DNA from: Candidatus Hermodarchaeota archaeon
Lineage (GTDB): Archaea; Asgardarchaeota; Thorarchaeia; Thorarchaeales; Thorarchaeaceae
Direction of reading: 5' to 3'
Length of the DNA stretch: 62,814 nucleotides
Assembly: GCA_048885865.1 (NCBI GenBank)
Contig: JBHLLF010000010.1
Coordinates: 1-62,814, forward strand
Below the pieces are notes generated by a model that had not been told where the DNA came from, did no database searches, and saw only the letters and a list, made by a program, of their open reading frames with translations. This document shows positions 48,028 through 59,300 of this stretch, one piece after another. The position numbers and the translations under genes are program-made. How positions within the stretch are numbered: the first letter of the stretch is position 1; every line of letters starts with the position of its first letter.

Positions 48028-49251
48028 TTGGAGAATATCATCGAAATAAGAGGAGAAGGAATTCTTTTGCATCGCAAAATCACCGATGGAGTCTATTATG
48101 TTGGCGTTGATGATCATCACACCGCTCTCTTTGAGAACCTCTGGCCCCTCCCATTTGGTGTATCCTACAACTCATATCTGGTTGTAGATGAGAAGATTGC
48201 GATTATTGATACGGTGAAGAACATCTTCACCCAAGAATGGCTTGATAACATACGAGAGGTTGTAGACCCAGAAAAGATAGACTACATCATTTTGAATCAC
48301 ATGGAACCCGATCACACAGGTTCACTACCTAAGATAGCCGAGCTTGCAAAGAATGCTACTATTGTATTCACTCAGAAGGCTGTTGGAATGGAACAATCAT
48401 TCTACAATGTTGGTCTGAAAACCAAAATAGTGGAAGACTTGGAGGAACTCTCCCTCGGGAAGAAGACCCTAAAATTCGTGCACATTCAATTTGTCCACTG
48501 GCCAGAAACCATGGCCTCATATCTTGTGGAGGACGAGTTTCTCTTCAGCTGCGATGCATTCGGCTCATTCGGTGCCCTCAACGGAAAGCACTTCGATGAC
48601 GAGATTGACATGCGCATGATTGAATCCGAAAGCAAGCGATACCTCTCTACAATCATCACCTCCTACTTCAAGTTCGTCCAGCGGGCTGTCGAGAAGGTCA
48701 AGGGTCTCGGCGTGGGCATCAAGTTCATCGGACCAAGTCATGGACCAATCTACCGCAAAGACCCAATGTGGGTCATAGACCATTTTGATAAATGGAGCAG
48801 TCCTGAACTTGAGAAGTATGTCACTATCGTTTTTGGATCGATGTATGGCTATAACCTTCGTCTCGCCTATACACTCAAGAAAGAACTCGAAGAACTGGGC
48901 GTAGATGTCAAGATACACAATATCTCGTACAGCGGCATGGACATGGTCATCACTGATACCGTGCGTGCTGGTGCCATTGTACTAGGAACACCGACCTATG
49001 ATGCTTTTCCGTTCCCAAGGATGTGGGCATTTGTGAACGAGATGGAAGGTAAGCGCTACGAGAAAAGACCAATCGCACTCTTTGGAACCTATGGCTGGGG
49101 AGGTGGAGGTGTGCGCCGCCTCAGGAAGCAACTCGAGGAGAGCAAGTTTGAGATACTAGAGCCTGTAATCAGGTGCCGAGCTATGCCCACCAAGGAAGAA
49201 AGGCAGGCAATCAAGACACTAGCCAAGAGAATAGCAGAGACGGTCAAGTAG
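48028..49251 (+). CDS. fprA: Flavodiiron protein FprA (A-type flavoprotein)
   Basis: SYNSYL, HMEPDH, HWPE, SCDAFG, PSHG, flavodoxin motifs SMYG and FGTYGW. Confidence 0.93.
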   Translation: MENIIEIRGEGILLHRKITDGVYYVGVDDHHTALFENLWPLPFGVSYNSYLVVDEKIAIIDTVKNIFTQEWLDNIREVVDPEKIDYIILNHMEPDHTGSLPKIAELAKNATIVFTQKAVGMEQSFYNVGLKTKIVEDLEELSLGKKTLKFVHIQFVHWPETMASYLVEDEFLFSCDAFGSFGALNGKHFDDEIDMRMIESESKRYLSTIITSYFKFVQRAVEKVKGLGVGIKFIGPSHGPIYRKDPMWVIDHFDKWSSPELEKYVTIVFGSMYGYNLRLAYTLKKELEELGVDVKIHNISYSGMDMVITDTVRAGAIVLGTPTYDAFPFPRMWAFVNEMEGKRYEKRPIALFGTYGWGGGGVRRLRKQLEESKFEILEPVIRCRAMPTKEERQAIKTLAKRIAETVK

Positions 49252-49386
49252 CAGGTGTGCTCTTTTCCTCGAATGCATTCAACACTGTTTATGAACTGGC
49301 TGGTCCCTAAAGCAAGATTTTTAGTGACTGCACTGTTTGCTGGAGCAGTTGTTCAGCAAATGCAGTGATGTATACTGCATGATAGA

Positions 49387-49992
49387 ATGACGGAGGTAAG
49401 AGAGTTGAAACTCAAGGGAACCAAAACCGAAAAGAATCTCCTGACATCCTTCGCTGGCGAATCACAGGCACGCAATAGGTATACTATGGCATCCAAGACC
49501 GCCAAGAATGAGGGATATCCACATATTGCTGCAATCTTTCTAGAAACTGCAGGACACGAGTTGGAACATGCCAAGAGGTTCTTCAAGTACCTAAAACAAG
49601 GCGATGCAACAGAGGCGATCGAGGTTCAATGGACGTTCCCGACCAGTGGATCATACGAATCCACTGAGGAGAACCTCAGACACGCTGCGGCTGGGGAGAA
49701 GTACGAATATACTGAGATGTATCCTCAGTTTGCGGACATTGCCGAGGAAGAAGGCTTCAAGGAGATTGCTCATCAGTGGAGAATGATAGCCAAAGCTGAA
49801 TCTTGGCATCATGAGCGCTACATTGCTCTAGCAGAGCAGGTCAAGGATGGCTCCATCTTCAAGAAGAAAGAGAAAGTCAAGTGGCGCTGTGATAACTGTG
49901 GTTATATCCACGAGGGAGAAAGTCCTCCAGAAAAATGCCCGGCTTGTCAACATGACAAAGGTTACTTCATGTTGCATTTCGCAGAGTACTAG
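49387..49992 (+). CDS. rbr: Rubrerythrin
   Basis: AGESQARNRY, ELEHAK, GEKYE, ESWH, CDNCGY...CPAC. Confidence 0.95.
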   Translation: MTEVRELKLKGTKTEKNLLTSFAGESQARNRYTMASKTAKNEGYPHIAAIFLETAGHELEHAKRFFKYLKQGDATEAIEVQWTFPTSGSYESTEENLRHAAAGEKYEYTEMYPQFADIAEEEGFKEIAHQWRMIAKAESWHHERYIALAEQVKDGSIFKKKEKVKWRCDNCGYIHEGESPPEKCPACQHDKGYFMLHFAEY

Positions 49993-50007
49993 TTCTACTT
50001 AGTCAAA

Positions 50008-50045
50008 GCCTTGGCTCGTAAAGGGCCGAGGCGCTTCCTATTTTT
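50008..50045 (+). terminator. Hairpin plus T tract after rbr
   Basis: GCCTTGGCTC-GTAAA-GGGCCGAGGC followed by TATTTTT. Confidence 0.55.
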
Positions 50046-50060
50046 AAACACTTATTGAGT

Positions 50061-50702
50061 TTACGTAATAGCTTTTTTGCCCCTTATGAAAGTCCACCAA
50101 AGGGTCAAAGCAATTGTGAATGCAATGAATCCGATATATAGGAATGTAAACAAAAGTCCATAGCCATGCCAATATGGCCATCCGCTCCGCCAAAAGAAAG
50201 GGAGGATTAGCACCAAAACTTCCATCCACATTAGATATAGTCCACAAATGCAGCAGTCATCATATCGACCCTTCATTGAATCGACCCGAGGCCTCAAATA
50301 TTGAGGGACTTCAAGTGATTTGCCCGAGCTAATGGCTAGACTACTCCCTTCATAGGTACGAATTGATCCATTCGAACTCAAGCCCTCCCTAACTCGTTCC
50401 ATCAAATACTCGGCCTGAACTAGGCTACCTTTGTACCTCGCTACTGCAACGCCATTCGGAGAGTCATAGTCTACACGAAGATAAGCACCAATCATTCCGG
50501 TGGTTTCTACATACAGTCCCTGAATTTTCTCTAGCTCGATTGAATGGTGCAGATGGCGGTTATCTTGGAAAATCAATCTCCGCGATGTAACTACAAGCTC
50601 TCCTTTCCACTTCCTGTTATATTCGTCGTAGAAATCACATTTCTCCCTAGCGAGCTCTTGCTCGCTTGAATCAAGACCGTCAAGGTCTGGCACTCGAATC
50701 AC
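50061..50702 (-). CDS. PH-like (GRAM/bPH) domain protein with C-terminal TM helices
   Basis: GELVVTSRRLIF...SIELEKIQ pattern, terminal helix, 2 TM helices. Confidence 0.65.
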   Translation of the reverse strand: MIRVPDLDGLDSSEQELAREKCDFYDEYNRKWKGELVVTSRRLIFQDNRHLHHSIELEKIQGLYVETTGMIGAYLRVDYDSPNGVAVARYKGSLVQAEYLMERVREGLSSNGSIRTYEGSSLAISSGKSLEVPQYLRPRVDSMKGRYDDCCICGLYLMWMEVLVLILPFFWRSGWPYWHGYGLLFTFLYIGFIAFTIALTLWWTFIRGKKAIT

Positions 50703-51109
50703 TCAGATTATCTTCTATGCGGTTTGATTTATCTCTTGGCCTACTACTTGCATAGCAGCAAAATGGCCATTGATCTGGTTGAGAGGAATTCTCAAGAAGT
50801 AAGAAATGAGCGGCCAGCAGCTGCTGTCAATGTTAGGGGGTTTGAGTTTTTTTAGGGGAGAGTGTAAAAAAGATTGTACCTGCCAGCTCGCTCTAAGAAT
50901 TGCAGAGACACTCCTCCTTTTGTAATGGTGTAAGACACGGTCAAATATACCGAGATTCTCTGAATGTGATGCGGTTTTAGTATTTGAACTCATACTCATT
51001 TTGTCCTAGTGTAAGAATGCGCATTGACTAATATTCGACGGCTGAACCTCACTGAATTGTCTGGAAGCTGTAGAAGGAAATTCTGCATAATTCCACATGA
51101 CATAATGAC

Positions 51110-51232
51110 ATGAAGACAATTAGTTCAAAGCCCTTTACACCTCCTCCGGAGCCTTTTGGCCTGAAACCCTTCACTCCACCCCCAGAGCCGTTTAGCTGGA
51201 AACCATTTACACCGCCCCCGGAACCATTCTAA
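51110..51232 (+). CDS. 40-aa microprotein with three KPFTPPPEPF repeats (absent from ORF track)
   Basis: MKTISS-KPFTPPPEPF-GL-KPFTPPPEPF-SW-KPFTPPPEPF-stop; all differences between repeats are synonymous. Confidence 0.85.
   Translation: MKTISSKPFTPPPEPFGLKPFTPPPEPFSWKPFTPPPEPF
51128..51229 (+). repeat. Three 30-nt direct repeats with 36-nt period (coding repeat)
   Basis: Units at 51128-51157, 51164-51193 and 51200-51229. Confidence 0.9.
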
Positions 51233-51240
51233 ACAATTCT

Positions 51241-51283
51241 CTTGAGATTCTGCTTCATGCAGAATTCTCAAGCCTCTATTTTT
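51241..51283 (+). terminator. Hairpin plus T tract after the microprotein gene
   Basis: CTTGAGATTCTGC-TTCAT-GCAGAATTCTCAAG followed by CCTCTATTTTT. Confidence 0.6.
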
Positions 51284-51314
51284 AGGCAGCATAGATAAAG
51301 CATATACGAAGCAA

Positions 51315-53357
51315 TTGAAAATGGTCTTCTCGGAGATTCGTGCTTTGAATGATCTCAGGAAGCTCGCCGTATCGATTCTGGCAGACGGAAAAGCTAATCC
51401 TGCATATCTTAACTATGACAACGGCATACCAATTCTATCTGATATTCAAAGCAAGGGAAAACAATCTACAACGGATGTAGAGCATATTCTGATTCAAGAA
51501 GAAATTATTGTAGATCACCGGGGAATCCGAGAAAAGCGGAAACTGTTGACACCCGCAGAAGTGGTGATAGCACCAATTTCAAGGAAGCAGATGCAATACA
51601 TTCTTGATGGAAGTAGGCCAGAACCTCTTTACCCACCCTCTAGCCAAGGATGGTTTAGCAGGGTTGTGGATGGAGGACGGAGAGCTATTTTTCTTTTGCA
51701 TGACCTGGCAGGCAATGATGGTTTCTGGCTCTCAATTGTTGATACCAGGAATAATGAGTATCTTGAAGCACACACAATTCTTCCATTCGAGAAAGGAGTT
51801 CTAGATGTTTCAGACGAAACTGCGGAACATGAATCAATGTTTGTAAAGCTGTCAGAAAGCACCAGGGCTGAAGTAGAGAGTTGGATGAATAGCATTCTGG
51901 ATGGACCGCCGCCTGAATGGAATGAGCTGGCCCAAATAACAAGTGATGTGTATGTCCCAGGTTTGACTATAGGCGAGAACATGAGGGATACGCTTGAGTT
52001 GTTGGTGCCAAGAATTTACAGGCCGGAAATCAGAAATCAGGTACTGGCTTTCCTAGGAGCCATAGTTAAGGGACATCATCCTGACGAAGATCCGGTGACC
52101 TACTTCGAGAAATTTCACTCGAAACAAGTTCTGAGGAATCTCTTAATGGGGCATTTATACTGTGATGTAAATGACGAGATTCCTCCATCATATGTAAGAA
52201 TTATGCAAGAAGGCGCCTTGCAGCGATTAGGCTCACCTGACAGAGCGGTTAGCGAAACTTGGTCTGATCCTTGGCATCAAACATACTACAAGGTGATGGA
52301 TGGTTTTCCAAAGCTATTCGATACAGCTGTGAAGTATTCAGCAAAATTGAATGCCGCGAAGAGAATTACACTTGGCCTACCAATTTCTGAATCCCAAGCT
52401 GCCAAATCGAAAAAGAAGTGGATTGAAAGATTCAAACTAATGGCAGTTGGCATTATGCTTCGTGCACAACTAAGACCAAATTCAGTAGGATTGAAGAGGA
52501 TTGCCTATACGGGCCATGCTCACCAATGGCCATCAGTCCATATGAAGTGGTCAGCCAAGATTGAAGGCGCTGGCCATCGAGAACCCAGCGTGCAAATAAT
52601 GGAGATGCCCAACGAGAGCTTGGAAGCTACCCTTCATGCTCGACCAAATCTTATGATTGTCGACTGGACTGGAGCTGCCGTCAATGAGCACCTTTATGAT
52701 GAAACCTCAAGGACATGGAGGGTATCAGTCAGTAGAATCATGGGCGGGCTCAGCGGGAGAAGATCAATCAGACGGCTAGGGAATGAATTTGGTGAGTGGA
52801 GAGGCTCAGAAATACACAAGCCCACTCAGACTTGGGCAAAGGCACTTGATGCAACAGCAAATCTGTCCTATTTGGCAGACCTTGGTCAGGACAAATATAT
52901 CGAGTATATGGGCCTAAGCCGTTCACAGCTTCTCTCTTCCCTGAAAGAAATGAATGAGAAAGGAGTCATTAGCATATTGTATGTTCCAAATGTCCTGGAT
53001 TTGATGATGATTGCGGTAATTGCTCAGGGAAAAGCAGGCAACATTTGTTCCCTGGCTAGAGCATTCATGAAGCACTCACCGACTGCAACGGTTCATCTCG
53101 CCCAAAAGGGAAAATGGCTATTAGTGCTCTCCAGACAGCCGACATCAACAGCACACCGTTTGATAGCGACGCTACCCGAAGAATCTGCAAAGGTGGGGAT
53201 AGCCCTTAGATGCAACAGACTTACATCTTTTCGCAGCTACACACGGGGTTTCTACAGACGACTTTTGAGAGATGATGGCACTTGGAAGGATGACGTGACT
53301 CAGATGCTGAGCCAAATCAGGCTGCCATATCACGAGCAAGTGTCTGGAAAAGATTAG
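51315..53357 (+). CDS. Large hypothetical protein with possible C-terminal wHTH and Lrp/AsnC-like domain
   Basis: MGLSRSQLLSSLKEMNEKGVI (wHTH-like) followed by an alternating beta/alpha segment. Confidence 0.7.
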   Translation: MKMVFSEIRALNDLRKLAVSILADGKANPAYLNYDNGIPILSDIQSKGKQSTTDVEHILIQEEIIVDHRGIREKRKLLTPAEVVIAPISRKQMQYILDGSRPEPLYPPSSQGWFSRVVDGGRRAIFLLHDLAGNDGFWLSIVDTRNNEYLEAHTILPFEKGVLDVSDETAEHESMFVKLSESTRAEVESWMNSILDGPPPEWNELAQITSDVYVPGLTIGENMRDTLELLVPRIYRPEIRNQVLAFLGAIVKGHHPDEDPVTYFEKFHSKQVLRNLLMGHLYCDVNDEIPPSYVRIMQEGALQRLGSPDRAVSETWSDPWHQTYYKVMDGFPKLFDTAVKYSAKLNAAKRITLGLPISESQAAKSKKKWIERFKLMAVGIMLRAQLRPNSVGLKRIAYTGHAHQWPSVHMKWSAKIEGAGHREPSVQIMEMPNESLEATLHARPNLMIVDWTGAAVNEHLYDETSRTWRVSVSRIMGGLSGRRSIRRLGNEFGEWRGSEIHKPTQTWAKALDATANLSYLADLGQDKYIEYMGLSRSQLLSSLKEMNEKGVISILYVPNVLDLMMIAVIAQGKAGNICSLARAFMKHSPTATVHLAQKGKWLLVLSRQPTSTAHRLIATLPEESAKVGIALRCNRLTSFRSYTRGFYRRLLRDDGTWKDDVTQMLSQIRLPYHEQVSGKD

Positions 53358-56300
53358 CCCTCCCACTCTCCCGGAAGGCTTCCAACAATTCTACTGACTC
53401 TTCTTCTTGCCAAAACAGCAATAGCTGCGACAATCCCAAGGCCTCCAATCCAGGGGGTGGTTCCTTCATCCATAGGCAAGGATGGTGTGGCACTGCTTGC
53501 CAATAAAGGCAACGCTGAACTCATACTCTCAACCACTGGCAATCCATTGACAACAATGTCAACTATGTACTCGCCCTTAAGTGCAACATAGAACTCGATG
53601 GCTGAATAGCCAACTTGATGCGCAATCAAGGACTGTGTGGCAACCATCATTCCCTGGGGATCAAAGATTGAAATCTCCAAGCCACCTGTCCACTCCCTAT
53701 CAACACCAAGAATACTGTAACTCATATTGAGTGTAGTATTCAGGCCGATTTGAACAGGGATTAGGGGCATCACTTCTAGCAGCAGTAGTGGGGTTACTGA
53801 TAGTGAGAATCTATTCGAGGTGGGTGCATAGATATCTGTCCCATTGAACTGCACTTCAACTGTAAGATTCCCAGCCAAAAGACCTTCGAGTATAGCATCC
53901 ACTCCGCCACGAGTACCAGTAAAGATAGGTAGCTCAAGCATCAACTGTTCATCCATCCAGACACAAATCCTGAGAGATGCATCCGAAATCCGAAAGACAC
54001 CTGAAGAAAGGGTAATAGAGAGAGGTATTGGTTGTCCGAACTCCATAGTTGAGGGATGATCTACATCAACATGGCTCATGTATCGAATAAGAACTGTTAT
54101 GACCTGACTCGTGGCTTGCCAAAAGTCTGTGCCTTCAAACATGAGTGTCAATGTGTAGTTTCCTGTAAAGCTGGGGCTCCACGTTATGACGATGCCATCT
54201 GCACTTACTGGATAAGCAGTTCTTGTGGTGAGGGGTGAACCAAGAATCTCTCTTCCACTTGGCGAGTATAGACTTGCATAGACAATGGCTCCATCAGCAA
54301 CATCACCAATGCTATCCACGAGCGTGAAGCTGATCTCATGATCTTCATCAATAATCCCAGAGAATCTTTCATCTAAGACTAGGAGATCTGTCCATGCCGT
54401 AACGTTGAACTGAACTTGAGCAGTGCAGCCAACCCGCATTGTATTATCAAGCACCACCAAGCTAAGTGTATATAATCCAACTTCGAGTCCTTCTAATGAG
54501 ATACTCATTTCGGTATAAGATGATTGGAGCCGTTCAAACAGGTCCACAATCCCACTAGGTCCAATCAGGTCTATTGATGTACTCAACTCATTCAAATCAA
54601 TTACAGAGCCTTGCTCATCAATAACTGATGCAATTAGATATGAATTCGAGGAGCGCTCAATAGAAGGGGTCACACTAAATGTGATGTTTGTGGTGCCATA
54701 TACCCAGACTCTTAGAGCTGAGTTAGATGCATGATAATGCGTCGTTCCGGCAAAGGATAGGAGAAGAGTGTAGTTGCCCATCCTGTCTAGAGTGATATTC
54801 AGTACAAGAGGCTCCGGACTGGTTTGGACAACACTATCAGTCATCATGAGTCCGATTTGATCATGATATGCATAGTAATCGATTGTGAATCCTTCTAGAG
54901 GACTTCCGCCAGAGTCCGTTAGTAGAACTAAGATTGATGCAGGGACGATTCCAGCTATGATATCATCGGTCGAAATGATAGACGCGTGGATTTCTGTGCT
55001 GTATCTCACACTAACCTCAGTAGAACCTGTGGCTGGAAGGTAAACTCCTAGTCCATCAAAGATTGCAGATATCGACCAAAGACCCTCGTCATCTATCTGG
55101 ACACTCCAATAGGCATGACCTGAGCTGTCTGTCACAACAGGCATCGGTCCGATTGTTGAACCTCCTGGCCCGTTCAATACAATCGTCATATCTCTGCCCA
55201 CCATAGGAGACCCCCGATAATCTGACAGGAGCACTGAGATTTCAAGCATGTCACCTACGTCAAGGAAGGCTTCTGACACACTTACGGTAACACTGCTTTG
55301 TGAATACACAGTGTGAAAGGTATCATCCGTAAAGCTATGCACAGATGTTGCACCTGAACAAGAGAGGTGAACCGAATAGAGACCAGTCATGGTGGGTACA
55401 AAACTCACGATTGCCAGTCCATTGCTAGTTGTGACAGTGATTGAATTGGACCAATAGCCAAGCCTGACTGGATCGCCAAGAGGATCATCGAGTGACACGA
55501 CTACATCTAGATTCTCAACAGGTATGCCTAGCTGGTCAATGATATTGAGGGTGATATTGACATCTTCTCCTGCTCTAGCTGGAACCGGGGCAAGTGTGGT
55601 AGCTATGGTACATGTAGTCATTGCATTGAGCTGCTCCTGGGTGTCACCACCAATCAAGAACTGGTCGGCGGTCGGAGATGCTCGAATAGTAAGAACACCA
55701 TGCGAATCATCGGCATAGTAAAACGCCTCTGCAATCCCACTAGCATTGGTTGCTAGGTCTGCTGACCAGACAGGCACCAAATCGAGACCCAACACTTCGA
55801 AATGAATAACAACTCCGCTCAGTGTCCCCTCAGTCTGGAGAACATACTGGAGGCTCGCAGTGTTGAACATATTCACCGATGACGGTTCGAGAAACAGATT
55901 TGCGCTGACAAGCTCCAAGACTGACACAGTAGACCCAGTCGAGTTTGTATAGTAATAGGGGTCTCCAGCATGAAGGAGAGTTATTGATGCCAGACCTCTA
56001 TCTTCTGGATCCCAATGTACTATGAGCAAACCATCTACTGACTCGACCTCAGTTTCAAATACAATGATGCTGTTTTGTTCGACTGAGAGGAGGAGTGTTC
56101 TTCCAACTACATTCTGTTGATATGCATCAGTGATGCTTACGTAGATCTCAAGCGTTTCTCCTAGCATGCAGGAAGGACTATGACTCAACTGCATGCTAGG
56201 AGTCATATAGACTCTCTGTAGAGATGATGCTGTGGCTGATGAATTAAGGTATTCACCGGCATAGGTTGCATTGATGAGGAAGTCGCCAACAGAATGGAAG

Positions 56301-59300
56301 TTATGGGCAAGTGTGCATTTCCCATCAGCCCCTGTCATCCTCTCGGCTGAATCAATGATTGTGCCATTGGACATTCGGACTTCGATTATGACTTGGGCAC
56401 CATTCAGAGGTACACCGCTCCAATCAGTCAAGGCGACTACAATGCCAATTTGAGTTCCTTGTTCAATAGGAAGACCCGGAGTGGTTAGAGTGATGTCCGT
56501 GGTTCCGAGAATGACATCTGTTGAAGCGGCACTTGCAAACAGCAACCAACCTTGTGCGACAACAGTCACAGAAGTAGATAGTATCCCAGGCACAGATACT
56601 TGAATCATATGAGCAATCGTGCCATCACCCTGAGTTGTATTCGTGACATCAAGCAATAGCTGACCATTGATGGTGAAGATCGTGCGGACTGATACGTCGC
56701 TGACTCCCAGTCCGTGATAATCACTTAGAGAAACAATCACGTTAACCAGTGAAGGAGACTCTTGGCCTAGAGGCACCAAGACATCAATACTTGGCTGTTC
56801 ATAGACCTCTTCGGTCTGAGATGCTAAAGCTGCATCATACCAAGACTGCTGTCCTGAGGCGGCGCTAATGCGGTTCTGCCCTCGAAAGAGAGGGGTCCAG
56901 GTAATCTGAAAGAGGCCTCCAGATGTAGTCCCGGACTCTTGGATCTGAATGACACCCCGAGGATCGCGAACGGATACAGTTACAGAAAGCCCATTAATAG
57001 GAGATCCCAGGTGATCCTCAGCTCTGACCTCAATCAGGGTCTCAACTCCAACCTCTGATGGTTGAGCAATTGAAAGCGCTAGGGTGACAGGAACCCACAA
57101 GGTGAAGCCGCCAGAATCGATCGCACTTCCACGAGAGCCTGTACCTGCAAACTCAGCTTCAAGTCGATACGAACCTGCAGAATCACCAACCCAAGAATCT
57201 TCCACATATCCAGTCGTGTTTGAATCAAGAGTGTATTCAGCCACCACTGTGGATGGAAGGAGTATGACTCTTAGAGTAATTGATTCGCCAGAAATGGGAT
57301 TAGAGAATGAGTCCAGCAGATAAGCCCAAATGGCCCAAGTTGTCCCTACAGAATTATCACCGCTAATTCCCCCGACTATGATTGTGCTATTTGACCATGC
57401 AGTGATTACCTTTGAGTTCATTGATGTTCGAAGATAGTCAGTAGCTGCAAATACAATGTCGAAATCATAGAGCCCATTCTCATCGATTGTCACTTGCACT
57501 GACACATGCCCAGTTGAGTTTGTAGTCATGTCTGTGTCAATTAGAATGGAGAAGGAAGGGCTTGTCACCGTGACATGCACGAGATATCCCGCGAGAGGAG
57601 TTCCGCCAGAGGTTTCTAGCCGGGCTTCAATAGAAACCTCACTATATTGTTCATAGACCCCTTTGGTCAACCAAGTCAGAATCGTGTCCTCATAGACATG
57701 AATCAGACCGGATGATTCGCATCCAACAAGGGGACCATTTCCCAAGAAGCTGATGGTGTAACTGAAGTTGCCTCGTTGAGAGGGAGTCCAGTGAAACACG
57801 CTACCTCCAATCGAGGAAACTCCTTGCGTGGTGTAGACTATTTGACCAAGCTCATCAAGGATTGTAATGGTAGTTTCCTGAGATGCAATATCAGTTCCAT
57901 TTGAGGAGTAATGGAGTGACCAGTCGATGTTTATTTGCTGATCCGCTGTTGCAGTTGTGAATGACGGGGATATTAGATAGGTGCTGACTGGAGCTGATAT
58001 GTCCACTGCATCACGGAGTATAAGCGTCCCGCAATCCTTTCGCTCTAATGTCACTGTCAGATTGTAAGTTCCAGTGGCAAAACCCGATGACGGAACTTGG
58101 AGAGCAAATGGAGATGAATCCTGATACGACCATTGCTGGTATGCGGGCGGGTCTCCCAATCGTACTGTGATGTTAGATGTTCCAGCATCAAGCTCAGGAG
58201 CAATTATCCAAGACACGGTACCATTAATGAAACTCCCCGCAGACACATTTGGAGTATCCAGGGTAAGAGTTCCTTCTAATTCGCCTCGAACTTCGACTGT
58301 TGACATTGCGAACGCACGAGAAAGACTCCAGTCGGTCACCATGGCGTATATTTCTGCGTGCCCGAGGAACTTTGTATCACCAGGGATATCTATTCTCAAT
58401 GTATCACTATTTTCTACATTAGTGAACTTGGTCCATTCATCAAATGCGTAGACTAAGACACTATGACTACTGACGGACGAGCTTACTCCCACATCAATAT
58501 ACAGACTCGATCCAAGACTAACTGTGGCATCAGTTGATATTGAGATTGAAGATCCTGGTACATCAATCAGAAGAGGTCTCATTCCGAGGATTGACACCAT
58601 CTCAAGAGACTCTGCGGTATAGACAGGCTGCCACTGATCAGTCGCATTCAGCCAACCATTTGCATAGGGAGTAGGTCCCAATGCGTTCAATACTTCTGAT
58701 GCCTCGATGCTCTCGAGGTTCACGTCAAAACCTGAAGCGTTGAGCAGCGCAAGGGTTGCCACATCGCAGCTCAGTGCATAGATGTTGTTGTATTGGATAC
58801 GCGAGTTGATAGAGGAAGATATCTCCACAGCCATTGTGGTGTCTACGATGTTGAGTCGCACTGCGGCCCTAGTGCATAGCCAATCGATTGCAGATTGTTC
58901 TCCAGCATAGGGCTTAATGGTCCAGCCGCTCATAGACCACTGTCCACTACTATAATCATTCAGCATTGCAGACTCAAGCGAGGATCTGTATGGAATCGAA
59001 TCTAGGGAGTCCATTAGGTAAAGCGCTTCCACTGCAGCCACACTATGCTGGATGTGCGCAGTTCCGATGAACATAGCAGGTCTAAAGTGGCCCGTCACAA
59101 ATTGAGACAAGGAAATGTAGTTCAGAGCATCAGCCATAACTTCTGACGACGGCACAACTCCTTGAGCCGACGCAGTTGCCACTCCGAAATATTGGGTCCA
59201 GACACTTTTGGTACGGTACTGATTCACACCATATTCTGGAGCAATAACAGCTGTGAAATTATTCCACCAAGGATATTGAGTCCATTGAGAAAACAAGTCG

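Noticed and set aside
50833-50858. TTAGGGG repeats resembling telomeric or telomerase-template sequence
   Set aside because: Only two copies in a low-complexity tract and no reverse transcriptase in the window
50703-50999. 94-aa ORF in frame with the PH-like gene across TAG and TGA; possible recoding or pseudogene
   Set aside because: It needs two different stops to be read through, runs over low-complexity tracts and does not look protein-like
51128-51229. 36-nt periodic repeat read as a mini-CRISPR
   Set aside because: Spacers are only 6 nt, variation is confined to third codon positions, and there are no cas genes; it is a coding repeat
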